DNA from: Squalus acanthias
Taxonomy: Eukaryota
Assembly (NCBI GenBank): GCA_030390025.1
Contig: CM059432.1
Span: 43,216,001-43,280,000 of the forward strand
Reading direction: 5' to 3'
DNA: 64,000 nucleotides
The position numbers were made by a program, and so were the translations under genes. Positions 1 to 11,881 of this stretch are shown in pieces (within the stretch, counting starts at the first letter, position 1; every line of letters begins with the position of its first letter). Below the pieces are notes generated by a model. It did no database searches. It worked only from the letters and a program-made list of their open reading frames with translations, and was not told the origin of the DNA.

Positions 1-695
1 GAAAATTGGCTCGCGCCCCCTTCGGGGCGATAACTACTTTTAGCGCCTCAAAAATGTTAGCAACCCCGTGCCTGAAATTCAATGGTAGTGCCCCAAGCAG
101 GAGGCAGGGCGCTACTGGAGGCGCTCCCCCTCCCTCTTGGGGTGCTCCCATTGAATATCGCAGCGCTACGTGCAGCAGCGCGACACGTGTCGGCACGTAG
201 CGGGCGGTACTACAGGCCTCCCTCCTCTGATTAAAGGAGAGGGACACCAGGGCCCTGCTGGACCACTGGGGAATGGGGTGCCGGCAAAAGAGCCCGGCAC
301 TCGAGAGGAGTGCCGGGCTGACAGATCGTGGCCGGCACCCCACAAGAGGAGGCCAGAGGGGGCAGGTGCTGGCAGGCAGCCCAAAGATAAAATGGCCGCC
401 CGAAACCTGCCCATTAGTCATCGCCGCCCCGGCTGCAAAAACGCCCCCCCGACCTTGTCGGACGTGGTGTCTGGCGGTAGGTCAGGGGGTGCGAGCCAAG
501 TTTGCGGCCGGGGCACGAGCAGGGCGCTGCGTACGGCGATGACGTCATCGCCAGAGGTGCAGATACCGCCACCGCTAACCTCCTGCTGAATTTCACGGGA
601 GGCGTTAGCAGCGTCGTGCCCGAGCGCTAGTTGCTTTGCGCCCCGTTAGCACCCCCTCACTAATGGGAGACGCAAAGCAACTGAATTTTTCCCCC
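1..695. mobile_element. Non-autonomous Harbinger-type TIR element (left TIR clipped by window start)
   Basis: Starts GAAAATTGG and ends CTGAATTTTTCCCCC. Subterminal sequence (GCGCTAGTTGCTTTGCGCCCC..TTAGC) matches the right end of the Harbingers at 8953-11809 and 13333-17582. Confidence 0.8.
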
Positions 696-785
696 CAGGT
701 GTCCCATTGATGAACAAATAACGTTTAACATTTTGGCACCTGAGATGTATGCACATGCACATTTCTCTTTTTATGCAATGCAACC

Positions 786-2028
786 ATAGATCACGAAACG
801 TTAGTACAAAGTCACACTCAACCTCATCCTGCTGTGCCTCTCATCACATCCCCATCACTCTACCTTCCCTACACTACTCCTGCACATTCTTACTCACACC
901 AACTTACCTTGCACCTCCACCCATCCCTCTCTATCTACATTATCACTTCCCCATCTCACTAGCCATCCCTCACACTCACCCTCATCCTAGTCCAATCATA
1001 CCAACTAACAACACACAAGGGTAGGCACTTGGGTGTTTTAGCCAATGTTCATATGAAGTTTCTGTTAATGTGCTGTCAAACATTGAAATCTTTATTTTCA
1101 ACACTTTGCATTCTTAGACAGATTTGTGTGCACCTTTGGAAGTGGCTTAGTTAGTTGCAGTGAATGGTGAGACATAACAATACCTCCCGCAATGCTGATG
1201 AGTGTGTAAGGAATGGCTTGGGCATTGTAGGGATGCTTTATGGTGTTGGTGTGGGGTGGTGCCAACCTGGTGCATCATGTGGCAGCCAGGGTGTACAGCA
1301 TCAAGTGAAGTAAATCTGGCCATGGTGAGGCCATCCCTGGCGTCCCGGGCAGCAATGTGGTCGGGTACTGATGCCCTCTGTCCTGTGCAGCATCAGTTGA
1401 TTGCGGAGAAGTTTGGTGTTGTTATTGGTGCTGCTGGTGTGCCTGGTGCTGCTGGTGTTGGGGATGATCGTGGTGGGATTCTGAGCACCAAGGTGAGAGA
1501 GTATAAAGGGCACCCATGCTGATGGAATAGATGGCAGGTGAAGTTGAGATGACAGAAGCGACCTGTCAATGGTGAGAGAGGTTGTTCCAATGAGGTGACA
1601 CTGGATACAGAGCCTGCTGCCAAACACCTGCAAGCTGCATAAAGCTCAATCTGTCTTCCAAATGCAGTAAGCAACAGCTTCTAACCTTGTAAAGTGAACA
1701 ACTGTGAAATGGGAGCTTTTATAGACCATTTGCAGCTGTCAAGTTAAGAAATCATCCTATGCTGAAACAACTCCCGACCTGCTTACCTGACGTGATCCAC
1801 GAGCAGCGGTGAACTCTAAAAATCTAAAGGTGAGCTTAAAATAGTTTTTAAGTGCCTGTTAACAAGCTCTTAATAATCTAAATTGCCTCCCCCGCCGCTT
1901 GGTGTCAGGTCTGCTCAGCGATGACAGACCCCACATCTGGGAAACTAGCGTGGAGACGGGTTGAAAATGTTTTTTCCCACCCGACCCGCCTCCAAACGTG
2001 CCCGCTGATCCCCCGAAAAATTCTCCCC
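786..2028 (+). mobile_element. 5'-truncated copy of Harbinger deletion-derivative family C (same as 40913-42844 and 49471-51036)
   Basis: Long high-identity match to 49978-51036 and 41407-42390; ends in TIR-like AAAATTCTCCCC. Confidence 0.8.
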
Positions 2029-2514
2029 AAGACTTCAAACTGAATTTTGCAGATAATTAACTAACTGAAAGAAACAATGCTCCAAGCTGCAGAGCTATTA
2101 GAAATCATGCATGCTGCCATTTCAACTCTTTTACATATACCAGTTGTTTTCTCTCAGTACTCCAAATGGATAAAAACCATGTTCATGTTTCTTTCAATTT
2201 TTTTTTTACTATATATAGGCCTTAGTCCTACTAAATATGACAACTGCTCATGTCTGCTGTCTGTGTATATATATTAATACAAAATCACAATCTATGGCCC
2301 ACTAAGTGTTGCATCTTTCTATTTAATTTTGTCTGTGGTAACAATTCCCTCCATTGAGCTTTAACCACAGAAATTTCAACTATGATTTCTAAAAAATTTC
2401 TTTTTTAGTTTAACTTTTTCAGAAGTGCTACAGAAATATTTCATAATAATATTTGATGAATCAGGGCTCAGCTATTCACAGGAAAGAACTGACTCTGGTA
2501 TATAACTGACAACT

Positions 2515-2817
2515 AATGAGATAACGACCAAATAATCTGATTTAATGGTGTTGGTTGAGGGATAAATATTGGGCAAGACACTGGGGAGAACTCCCCAACT
2601 CTCCTGCAAAATAGCTCCATGGGATCTTTTACATCCACCTGAGAGGCACTCGGTTTTAATGTCTCATGCAAAAGTTGGCTGCTCTGACAGTGCAGCACTC
2701 TATCAGTATTGCACTGCAGCATCAGCCTGGATTATGTTCTCAAGTATCTGGAGTGGGACTTGAATCGACAATCTTCTGACTCTGAGCTGAGAGTGCTACC
2801 AATGAGCCATAGCTAAC
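2515..2817 (-). mobile_element. DeuSINE (SacSINE1-like) tRNA-derived SINE, partial
   Basis: Reverse-complement match to 59024-59340 (head, AAAAGATCCCATGG, CCAATATTTATCCCTCAACC). Confidence 0.8.
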
Positions 2818-2993
2818 TTCTGCATATGAAACATGAGCATAATGCTGCATAGAGATGCTGTAGAGCAAGTTTGGTTTTAACTGACCTTGTTGGACACCTA
2901 TGCAAGTTCAGATTTCCCTGTGGAAATATAACAATTCCATGTTTTGATGAGGACCATGTGAAAAGAATGCCTTTTTACCCAATCAGAAAAGTA

Positions 2994-4210
2994 GGGTAAA
3001 TTTTCCAAGTCCTCGTTGTGAAAATTAGAAATTCCACAATTTTTTCCCATTGATTTTAATGGACAAAAATATTCTCCTGAGGTATTCCCTGAGTGAGATG
3101 AGGTTGAGCGGTGGATGGCTGGGCTGGTGCCTCTGGAGCCTTAGAGACCTGAGGTGACTATCGTCTCAAGGATGCAGCTGCTCCAGAGGGATCAGCTTTC
3201 GATAGCCTTTCTGTTACAGTGACAAGGGGTGCCGGACCCATGTCTGAAGCTCCCTCATTTGTAGGGATTGGAGAGAAGCTTAAGACAGCAGGCACAATGC
3301 CACACTCCAGGGAGACAGCGACATCTGCACCCACTCCTTGCAGCCCATTGCTGCTGAGGACAGGCTCAAGAGGTGTTACTGGTCAGTACCAGTATATACC
3401 TAATGGTTCCAATGAGGTCTTGGAAGTCCTGTGCCAGTGTGGCATTCAGGCTGACCCTCAGGATATTTATTGAAGCAGTGGTAGTTGCTACTCCAGAAGC
3501 CATCCATGTTCTTAGCAGTTGTTCCTGGCACCTTGATGCTGCTTAAATCTCCTGGGCTGTCACTACCTCCAGGTTGTTTGAAGGTTGTGGGAAACTTCCT
3601 GCTATGTGTTTCAGATGTGGGGAGTGGACTCTTCCCACTTGTCCATCATCTCATATGCATGGAAACTGCCTTGACCTGAGATCAATGCTCCCCAATTAAA
3701 ACTCTTTTGAAGACTGAGCCCCTGAGATCTGGGTGCCTGGGATCCTCAACCAAGGGCAGTAATGTTTCCACCCTCTGTGGAGGAATTGCATTTTCTCCTT
3801 CTTCCACCCCCAGGTCCTCATTCTTACTAGTGTTCAATCCATGCAGCCATCTCCATTACTTTTGTTTAGACTCTGTTCCACACATCCAGCACTCTGTGGG
3901 GAATTTTTTGTCTGATCTTTGGTCTCAGTTGAGGTTTTGAGTACATCTTGGGAAATGAATTAACAGAAGATAACAAAGTGAGTGCCTATGATTGCCTGAG
4001 ATGTAATCACTGGCAGGTCATGAAATCACACCCTTTCTTTCATAGTGCAGATGAGCAGCATTCTTGTGTAGATGCTCTGTGCTCATTGCCACTTTAAACA
4101 GCTAAGTAGCAAACAGCTGATTAATCAGCAGCTTCTCTTCTCCTGATGCCGATTCAGTCTTTTTTGACTTGGGAGCATAATTATTACTCATTGACAACTG
4201 TGAAAAAAAA
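2994..4210 (-). mobile_element. Possible highly decayed Harbinger-derived sequence
   Basis: TIR-like GGGTAAATTTT at the left end and composition resembling Myb-like gene 3' exons; no clean ORF. Boundaries uncertain. Confidence 0.25.
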
Positions 4211-4328
4211 TGCTTGTTAAATATAGAAAAACATGACTCAAGCCTGAATATCATCAGTTTTGTTACTAGCACACTTAATAGTAGTGGTCTTTTTGTTTCA
4301 TTATTTTATAGCCCAAAACAGCCACTCT

Positions 4329-5253
4329 GGGATAGAAATGTGGGAGCACTAAACAGGCGCTATCGCATCAGCCGCCTGTCATACACCCCGCTTGATATTC
4401 CGTTCTGTTGAAGTCGCTTTGCACTACCACCTAAGATGAATTTTTACCCGTGACTGGACACTGCTCAATGCTCACCGGCACTTCAAACAGCCGCCGCCAG
4501 CCTCCCCGATCCTGGGCCAGCGCTCCCTCCCTCCTGATCGCCCCCTTACCGGTCGCCCCCACTCTCTCGGTTTCCCCCCTCCTGGTTGTGCCCCTCTCCC
4601 GATTATCCCCTCCCAGCTCCCCCTCCTCTCCTGGTCACTTTTAAAGATTTACCTGAGAGCCTCTGTTGGAAATGCAGTGGACCGATCTTCGAGGCCTCTT
4701 CTCCGGCGAGCTGCCTGGGGACGCCCATTAGGTGTCCGCAGCTCGCTGGTTTGATGATAATGAGGCTCGAGGCCCAATATTAGGTGCGCTTCAGAAACTA
4801 TCTAAGAACATAAGAACATAAGAAATAAGAGCAGGAGTAGGCCATACGGCCCCTCGAGCCTGCTCCGCCATTCAATAAGATCATGGCTGATCATCGACCT
4901 CAACTCCACTTTCCTGCCTGATCTCCATATCCCTTGATTCCCCTAGAGTCCAAAAATCTATCTATCTCAGCCTTGAATATACTTAAAGACTCAGCATTCA
5001 CAGGCCTCTGGGGGATAGAATTCCAAAGATTCACAACCCTCTGAGTGAAAAAATTCCTACTCATCTCGGTCTTAAATGGCCTAGCCCTTATCCTGAGACT
5101 ATGCCCCCTAGTTCTAGACACTCCAGCCAGGGGAAACAATCGCTCAGCATCTATCCTGTCATTCCCCTTCAGAATCTTGTATGTTTCAATGAGATCACCT
5201 ATTCCGTGTGCCCACTGTATGGCTGGAAACGGGCGCAAACAAATTCTTCCCCC
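4329..5253. mobile_element. GC-rich non-autonomous TIR element interrupted by a CR1 fragment
   Basis: GGGATAGAAAT ... AAATTCTTCCCC ends, C-rich internal minisatellite at ~4500-4630, CR1 at 4803-5200 inside. Confidence 0.5.
4803..5200 (-). mobile_element. CR1 (HER1-like) LINE 3' fragment
   Basis: ORF2 C-terminus GDLIETYKIL..SRTRGHSL..FFTQRVVNLWN, 3' UTR and (TTCTTATG)n tail. Confidence 0.93.
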
Positions 5254-6061
5254 TGTGTGTTTTGGTATGGTAACTTTTTCCCTCAACAAGTGTAATAAGT
5301 AGTTAGAATTTCCAGTGTTTTTGCATGGATTGACAGATGGAGGAACCTCATGCTGTGAGAATCCAGTGGAGTGTGAAAGGTCTGTCTCTGGAGCAGAGGA
5401 TATCTATGCTCAATGGGCAATTGGTCACACCCAACAGCATCAGAGATGATAAGGGGGATACTGATTGAACTCTTCAGAATGTTATAATTCATGAGGTTAA
5501 ATACATAGGTGTGCAGAGCACTGAGTTATTGGAACTGTCCACAGATACACAGGGCTTGATTTTGCCAGGCCCGAGGAGGCGGGATTGGAGGTGTGTGAGG
5601 TGCTAAAATCGCAAAGAATGGCGGGCAGATCTTATCCCGCCTCCAGCCCACCTCTGAGCAATTTTCCCAAAATCAGGGTTTCAGACCCCGTTTCCATCCA
5701 GCCTCCAGTAGGCGGGATAGGCCCTTAAGTGCCTCTATAATCCCATTTTGAGAGGCCTTTCTGAATTTAACACATTTCCCCCATGCTGCACGTCTCCTCT
5801 GGAACAGGGCAGTTAATCCTGGCGGCCTCACAAGTGGATTGCTTACTAACAGCTGCAGCTCCACCATTAAAAAGGAGTTTTCAGCAATCATCATTTGCAG
5901 GTGGCAGAACTTTGTTGTCTCTGGTCTGGGGGAACTTTTAGCAGGCCTACTCATTGTTGTGGAAGTTTGGAGCCTGACACCCATCTCCAGTGTGACCTCC
6001 TGGGAAACCCCTCTCCCCACCTTGACTGAGCGCTTCCTCAACTGAGGTATATACCAGAAGC

Positions 6062-6790
6062 ATGGGAACCATTTATTTCCTTTTCTCCTGGACATCAGAT
6101 TCGGACGAAGACCAGCCGCGGCAGCAGCAGCACCCGGAGCAACAGCAGCACCAACAGCAGGAGCAACAACAGGAGCGCCAAGCTGCTGCTCACCCACCTG
6201 AAGCTGCGCAGGCCAGAAGGCGCCAGCGCGCATGGAAGCCCGTCGCCGCAGGAGATACCCCCAAAACAGTGTTTACAGACAGAGTGTGGAGATGCCGGTG
6301 TTGGACTGGGGTGGACAAATGTGAGAAGTCGCACAACACCAGGTTATAGTCCAACAGCTTTATTTGAAATCACAAGTTTTCGGAGCGCTGCTCCTTCACC
6401 TGACGAAGGAGCAGCGCTCCAAAAGCTTGTGATTTCAAATAAAGCTGTTGGACGATAACCTGGTGTTGTGCGACTTCTCATATTTACAGACCGAGGATGA
6501 GCTACCTCAACATGACGGAGCAGCAATGCCAAAGGAGGCTCAGACTTTCACGAGAGGTAGTGGGCGACATCTGCGCAATGCTGCAGCAAGACCTGGAGCC
6601 CAGAGGAGCGGGTGGAAACCCCTTACCAGTGGCCGTCAAAGTCACCACCGCACTCAACTTTTTTGCTTCAGGCTCATTCCAGGGATCAACAGCAGACATC
6701 AGCGGCGTCTCCCAGGCGGCCGCACACACTTGCATCATGCAGATAACCGATGCCCTCTTTGCCATCGCTCACAATTACATCAACTTCTCC
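6062..6790 (+). pseudogene. Harbinger transposase N-terminal half (frameshifted, interrupted, truncated)
   Basis: [48 protein letters not shown] is homologous to the 15918-17069 transposase; the DDE region is missing. Confidence 0.9.
6285..6482. mobile_element. Penelope-like retroelement-derived palindrome (inverted pLTR ends) with degenerate hammerhead motif
   Basis: 81-bp inverted arms 6317-6397 / 6405-6485; target duplication TTTACAGAC(A/C)GAG at 6272-6284 and 6483-6495; closely related to the arms of 44238-44897. Confidence 0.85.
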
Positions 6791-8289
6791 AAGGACCATG
6801 TTTTCAAGACCCTGGCGACTAAGCTCCTCCATGGCCGTAGCCATCCTCTCCTCTACCGTAGCCATCCTCTCCTCTACGGTAGCTAGCCTTACCATGGAGG
6901 TAGCCATCCTTTCCATGGAGGTTGCCATCCTTTCTGTGGTGATGCGTTCATGCGCCAATGCCTCCACAAAGGCTCTGCTCATGTTAGCAATGGACTCCTC
7001 CATTCGCTCCACACTTGCAGCGACCCTGGAGACAAAACCTGCCAGAGACTCCTGCACCTGTTGCTGGAGTTATAGCACCGCTCTCCTTCTGGATGGACCC
7101 AGAGGCACAGGGTCGACATGCAGCGGAGCCGAGCTGGGAGAGTCCTGCGCCCTCCGACGAGGACTCTCCACTGCTGTTCCTGTCTCCACCATCTGCTGAT
7201 GCTCACTTGTGAGCTGTGATACGCCAGGTGACAACACTACTCTATCTCCCGAAGGTCCCACTGAGGTGTGAGTGTCTGCGCTGGTGCTGGGTGCGCTGAA
7301 TTCTGCTGACGCTGCACCCTCAGAGGTTGCAGCTTCCTCTGAGGACTCAGGCTGTTCCTCCTGGACAGTGGGGAGGGGGGCTGTCGATGGTCCTGTGGGC
7401 AGTAAAGGAAAGAGTTAGACATGTGAGATAAACGTTGCATGCACATTGAATTGTGCAGATGATCATAAGTCAATCTGTTAGAGCATCAGAATCAATATCA
7501 GTCACTCATGCAATGTCAATGAGAGAGATGAAAAACTATTCTGTCACCAGCTTGCTCTGATGCGCCCATCTGTCCGTCCCCCATATGCGCATCCTCCTCG
7601 ACTCCCACGATCTCCAGGGCTGCCTCCTCTGCAGTGGTGAGCTGGCTATTGAGGGTGGTCCTCCTCCTGTCCTCGCCCTCTCCCTCTTATTGTGGGCTCT
7701 CTTTTCCTGCAATGAGGGAGACAAGTGGAGTTTGAGTGAGAATGAAGAAGTGAGTGTAGAGAATCCATAGCATAGATGCTCAGAAGAACACAAAGATGGA
7801 GTGATGTCCCAAGACCAAGGGCCCTCCCTGTGTGTTGTACATTGTTGTCATTGCATCACAGTGATAGGGAGTGTGAGGGCTGCATAGTTGAATAGTTAAG
7901 TGAATGTGAACATACAGAGAGAGGGAATGGTTAAGGGTGCAGGGATGTAAGGGTCAAGTGGGATGTGGAGGAGGAGGTTGACAAAGCTGTGTGCTGGTGA
8001 TGAGAGACGATGGGGATCAGATTGAGGTTCATGGGGATGGAATACTCACTTTTCCTGTGCGGAGAAGGTCATGAAACCTCTTTCTGCACTGCAGCCAGGT
8101 TCTGCTGCACATTGATATGGCATTCACCTCCTGTGCCACTTGCAACCACACAGCTTTGGTCTGTTATGGAGGCTTTTTCCTCCCTGAAGAAGGAAACAGC
8201 ACTTCCCTATTCGCTCTTGCTCCCTCCACCAGAGCTTGCAGGGAGTTCTCATCGAAGCGGGGTGCACACTTTGGTCTGGTGCATGACAT
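6791..8289 (-). pseudogene. Harbinger Myb/SANT-like gene remnant (exons ~8289-8050, 7706-7548, 7392-6791)
   Basis: MSCTRPKCAPRFDENSLQALVEGARANREVLFP (then stop) ..CRKRFHDLLRTGK|gtgagt; exon 2 EKRAHNKRERARTGGG; exon 3 with 21-bp heptad repeats (ERMATxx) at ~6826-6935. Confidence 0.82.
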
Positions 8290-9313
8290 GGATTTTGAAC
8301 TAATCCCTCAGAAGTAAATAGCAAAAGTTGTAAGGCTGAAAAAGAACCAAGGCTGCTTGCAGGCCTTAGATGACATCATCAGAGGCAAGTTTCAGGACCA
8401 AAAGACTGATTGGGCCAGGGGTTCCCACACGCTGGAAATCAAGTGCCCAATTAGGGCAAAATGGCTCAATTGTCCCGCCTTACATCGCAGGCGGGATCCG
8501 GACCCGCCGACCACCTGACCCGATCCCAACCCGCCTCCACTGACAAAATCCAGCCCATAAGGTTTGAAAATCCATGTGTTGCATCGCCAGTGGTTATGCA
8601 ATAATCATGCCTGCTGTTGCCCTGCAGTGCTGACCCTGCCGAAGTTTATGGGGTCAGTGGCAGGGCAGCTCATTACCGTGGGATAGGCAGGCCCACCTCC
8701 CCAACAGGGGGGAATTGCAAATGGTTATCCAACCCTATGCTTGACCCCAGCCATCATCTCCTTGGCCTAAACCTCACCGCCAGGGCTCACCCCTACTCTT
8801 GTGGAAACCAGTATGGCTCACCTCACTGGGTGCATTGTCCTCCACTGATACACTGGATCCTGACTGAGTATAAGGAGCAGGAACTCCTGGCGTAGGGAGT
8901 CCCTGCCCTTGACGCTTATTTTCAGGAAAAGGATCATCAGGAAAGAAATTAAGGGGGAGAAATTCAGTATCGCCCCATTTGGGGCGCAATTATCGGCCAG
9001 GCACAAAGATTGGCGCCTGGTGCTAATTATCGCCTCCGACTGCAAACTTGACTTTTATCGCCCCTGGAGGTGATTGGAGCGCTAAATCAGGCGCTACACA
9101 CCTGTCTTAAGGCGTAAAGGCCGAGGAGCGAGGCGCTAACTCAGAGCGCGGGCGCAGCGCAGGTGCTGTCAGTTAGCGATGGAACACAGACACACTGGTG
9201 CCGGACAGTTCTTAAAGGGGAGGGTCGATCTTGCACTCCAGCCACACCCTGCTCATTGGAGCCTTGAATCTCGGCCTGGAGAGACCTGTGCCTAAATCTT
9301 CCAGCCAAGGACT

Positions 9314-9465
9314 ATGGAGAGGGTGAGAGAACGAGCTCAGCGCTTCAGCGAGCGGGCCTTGGATGCTCTGATTGGCGCGGTGGAGCGCAGAAGATCTATA
9401 CTCTACCCTGAGAGTGGCAGGAGGCCTTTGTCGCGCGAGTACAGAAGAGTGTGGAGGGAGGTGGC
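9314..9465 (+). pseudogene. Myb/SANT-like gene exon 1 fragment
   Basis: [51 protein letters not shown] matches 13679-13830, then fused to antisense transposase. Confidence 0.88.
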
Positions 9466-9811
9466 CGATTGTGTGCTCAACGATGTTCCTGGTAGCTTGA
9501 TGGCTCTCGTTGTACCGCAGCTCAGCAGGGGTGTTGGGCGTACGGAGTGGTGTCATCAGCCAGGTGCTCAGTGGATATCCCTTGTCCCCGAGAAGCCAAC
9601 CAACTGGCTGATGCGGTGCCTGGAAAAGTTCTGCCACAGTAGTCTGGCGCAGGATGAATGCATCGTGGCAGCTGCCAGGATAGTGGGCATTGACAGCGAG
9701 TATCAGCTGTCTGTGGTCACAGACCAACTGAACGTTTAAGGAATGGAAATAACAACAGAAAACGCTGGAAAAACTCAGCAGGCCAGGCAGCATCCGTGGA
9801 GAGAGAAAGAG

Positions 9812-9848
9812 AGTTAACGTTTCAGGTCGATGACCTTTCATCAGAACT
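9812..9848 (-). ncRNA. Minimal type I hammerhead ribozyme motif
   Basis: AGUU-CUGAUGA-A-AGGUC-AUC-GACCU-GAAAC-GUU-AACU: core boxes, stem II, stem I and palindromic stem III all present. Confidence 0.78.
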
Positions 9849-10559
9849 GGGAAGAGCCGGAAATCAAATAGATTTAAGGCCAGGGTAAAGCTGGGAAAAG
9901 GGGGGGGGGGATAAAGGAACAAAGGGGGAGATGAAGAGACATTAAGAGATATGCAAGGCTAGAGGTGGTGTTAATGTGACAGATTAAGGCTGAATGAAGT
10001 GTGAAATCCACTGGCAGAATGAAGGACAGCTGCCAGCTTCTAGGAGGAAAACGCAGATTGGGTGACCGCTTTGCGGAACACCTCCGTTCAGTCCGTAAGG
10101 GGGACCCCGAGCTCCCGGTGGCCTGTCACTTTAATTCACCGCTTCACTCCCACTCTGACCTCACCGTCCTCGGCCTATTACACTGTTCCACGGAAGCTCA
10201 GCGTAAGCTCGAGGAACAGCACCTCATCTTTCGTTTAGGCACGCTACAGCCCTCTGGACTCAATATCGAGTTCAACAATTTTAGATCATAACCTCAGCTC
10301 CAATCACATTTATATTTTATTTTATCCACCCTTTTATTTGTCCCCCCCCACCTTTTTTTTCCTCCTAGAAGCTGGCAGCTGTCCTTCATTCTGCCAGTGG
10401 ATTTCACACTTCATTCAGCCTTAATCTGTCACATTAACACCACCTCTAGCCTTGCATATCTCTTAATGTCTCTTCATCTCCCCCTTTGTTCCTTTATCCC
10501 CCCCCCCCTTTTCCCAGCTTTACCCTGGCCTTAAATCTATTTGATTTCCGGCTCTTCCC

Positions 10560-10596
10560 AGTTCTGATGAAAGATCATCGACCTGAAACGTTAACT
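10560..10596 (+). ncRNA. Minimal type I hammerhead ribozyme motif (one stem II mismatch)
   Basis: AGTT CTGATGA A AGATC ATC GACCT GAAAC GTT AACT. Confidence 0.72.
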
Positions 10597-11881
10597 CTCT
10601 TTCTCTCTCCACGGATGCTGCCTGGCCTGCTGAGTTTTTCCAGCGTTTTCTGTTGTTATTTCAGATTTCCAGCATCCGCAGTATTTTGCTATCGTTTAAG
10701 GAATGGAACCTCTTTCTGTTGCGGAAATCCTCGGCATTCTCATGCGGAGCACGCAAAGCCACATGCGTGCAGTCAATGGCGCCCTGCACCATGGGGAAGC
10801 CCGCTATCCTAGCAAAGCCCATTGCGCGTTCTTGCTGCTTGTCTGGGGTCATGGGGAAAGAGATGTACTCTTGTCTCCTTTTAAAGAGGGCATTTGTGAC
10901 CTGACGGATGCAGCAATGCACCACGAACTGGGAGATATTGGCGATGTCCCCAGTAGCAGATTGAAATGAGCCAGTGGCATAAAAGTTCAGAGCCACTGTG
11001 ATCTTCACTGCCACGGACAGAGACGTCCTGGACCTCAGTTGAGGCTGCAGATCTGGCTGCAGCAGGTGGCAGAGCTCAGTGACCACCTCCTTGCTGAAGC
11101 GCAGCCTTCGCAAACACTGCTCCTCAGACATAATATATGTGAATTGTTGGCGATATACCCTGGGAGGGTAAAGTCTCTTGTACAGAGGCCTGTTGGCCCT
11201 CCTCTGTCTGGCCATGATTGCCACACTCTCTCTGCGTCTCTGTGTCCTCCGATTCTGGTGGCGCAGGACGACGCCCCCAATCAGTGCAGCCCCCATAGTC
11301 TCTTGGCAATCAAAGTTATGAAGGCCAAAAACCAAAGTACCTGCAAAGTTATGATCAGTAGCCAAAACTATTTCACACAGCGTTGACTCAATGCAGAAGT
11401 CTCTCTTTCTCTCTCTCCGAATCTCTCTCTCTCTTTCTCAGAACGAGTGGTGCAAAAATGTCAACCACAGAGAAAGACAGGAAGAGGCCCCCTTTAAATA
11501 ACGCCCCCCCCAGCCCCACAGCGACTGGGAGTGTTCCAGTCTTCTGGTCGCTGGTTGCGCCAGGCGGAAAGGATGGGGGCACCACTCAATTTCTGCTCCG
11601 GGGCGCCACAAGGGCGTTGCACCCTCGTATGACGTCAAGATCTGCGTGCGCAGGAGATCACGGCGGTAAAGTTTAGCGCCGCCGCAAAATGTCTAGTTAA
11701 TTTCGCGAGCGGCGCAAACATCGCTGCGCCCAGGCGCTAGTTGCTTTGCGCCCCATTAGCGCCCTCTTAAGGCGCTAACGGGAGGCGCAACCAACTGAAT
11801 TTCTCCCCCTAAGTTTGTTATTTAAGTTAATCTATGGCACATCCATCATTACGATATTATTTGGACATTCAGGGAGGACAT

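Larger units (their letters stand above)
5552..8556. mobile_element. PIF/Harbinger transposon family B, centrally deleted, with Penelope-type insertion
   Basis: TIRs GGGCTTGATTTTGCCAG / CTGACAAAATCCAGCCC, flanks ACA/ATA; convergent transposase (+) and Myb-like (-) remnants. Confidence 0.88.
9749..10692 (+). mobile_element. 5'-truncated Penelope-like retroelement with inverted pLTR and GIY-YIG endonuclease C-terminus
   Basis: 306-bp inverted arms 9746-10051 / 10357-10662; centre encodes KRRLGDRFAEHLRSV..PVACHFN..RKLEEQHLIFRLGTLQPSGLN; 16-bp target duplication CGTTTAAGGAATGGAA. Confidence 0.93.
9466..11296 (-). pseudogene. Harbinger transposase, split by Penelope insertion and 3'-truncated
   Basis: MGAALIGG..VQGAIDCTHV..FHSLN | insertion | [24 protein letters not shown]; near-identical to the intact copy. 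Confidence 0.92.
8953..11809. mobile_element. PIF/Harbinger transposon family A, centrally deleted copy with Penelope insertion
   Basis: Perfect 16-bp TIR GGGGGAGAAATTCAGT, TAA target duplication on both sides; high identity to 13333-17582. Confidence 0.95.

Noticed and set aside
6..596. Several GC-rich short ORFs (also in MITEs at 35.4, 52.0, 57.2, 58.5 kb)
   Set aside because: Arise from stop-poor GC-rich non-autonomous elements; no protein features.
9212..9922. 236-aa chimeric ORF
   Set aside because: Accidental fusion of Penelope arm, transposase and antisense Myb exon; non-ATG start.
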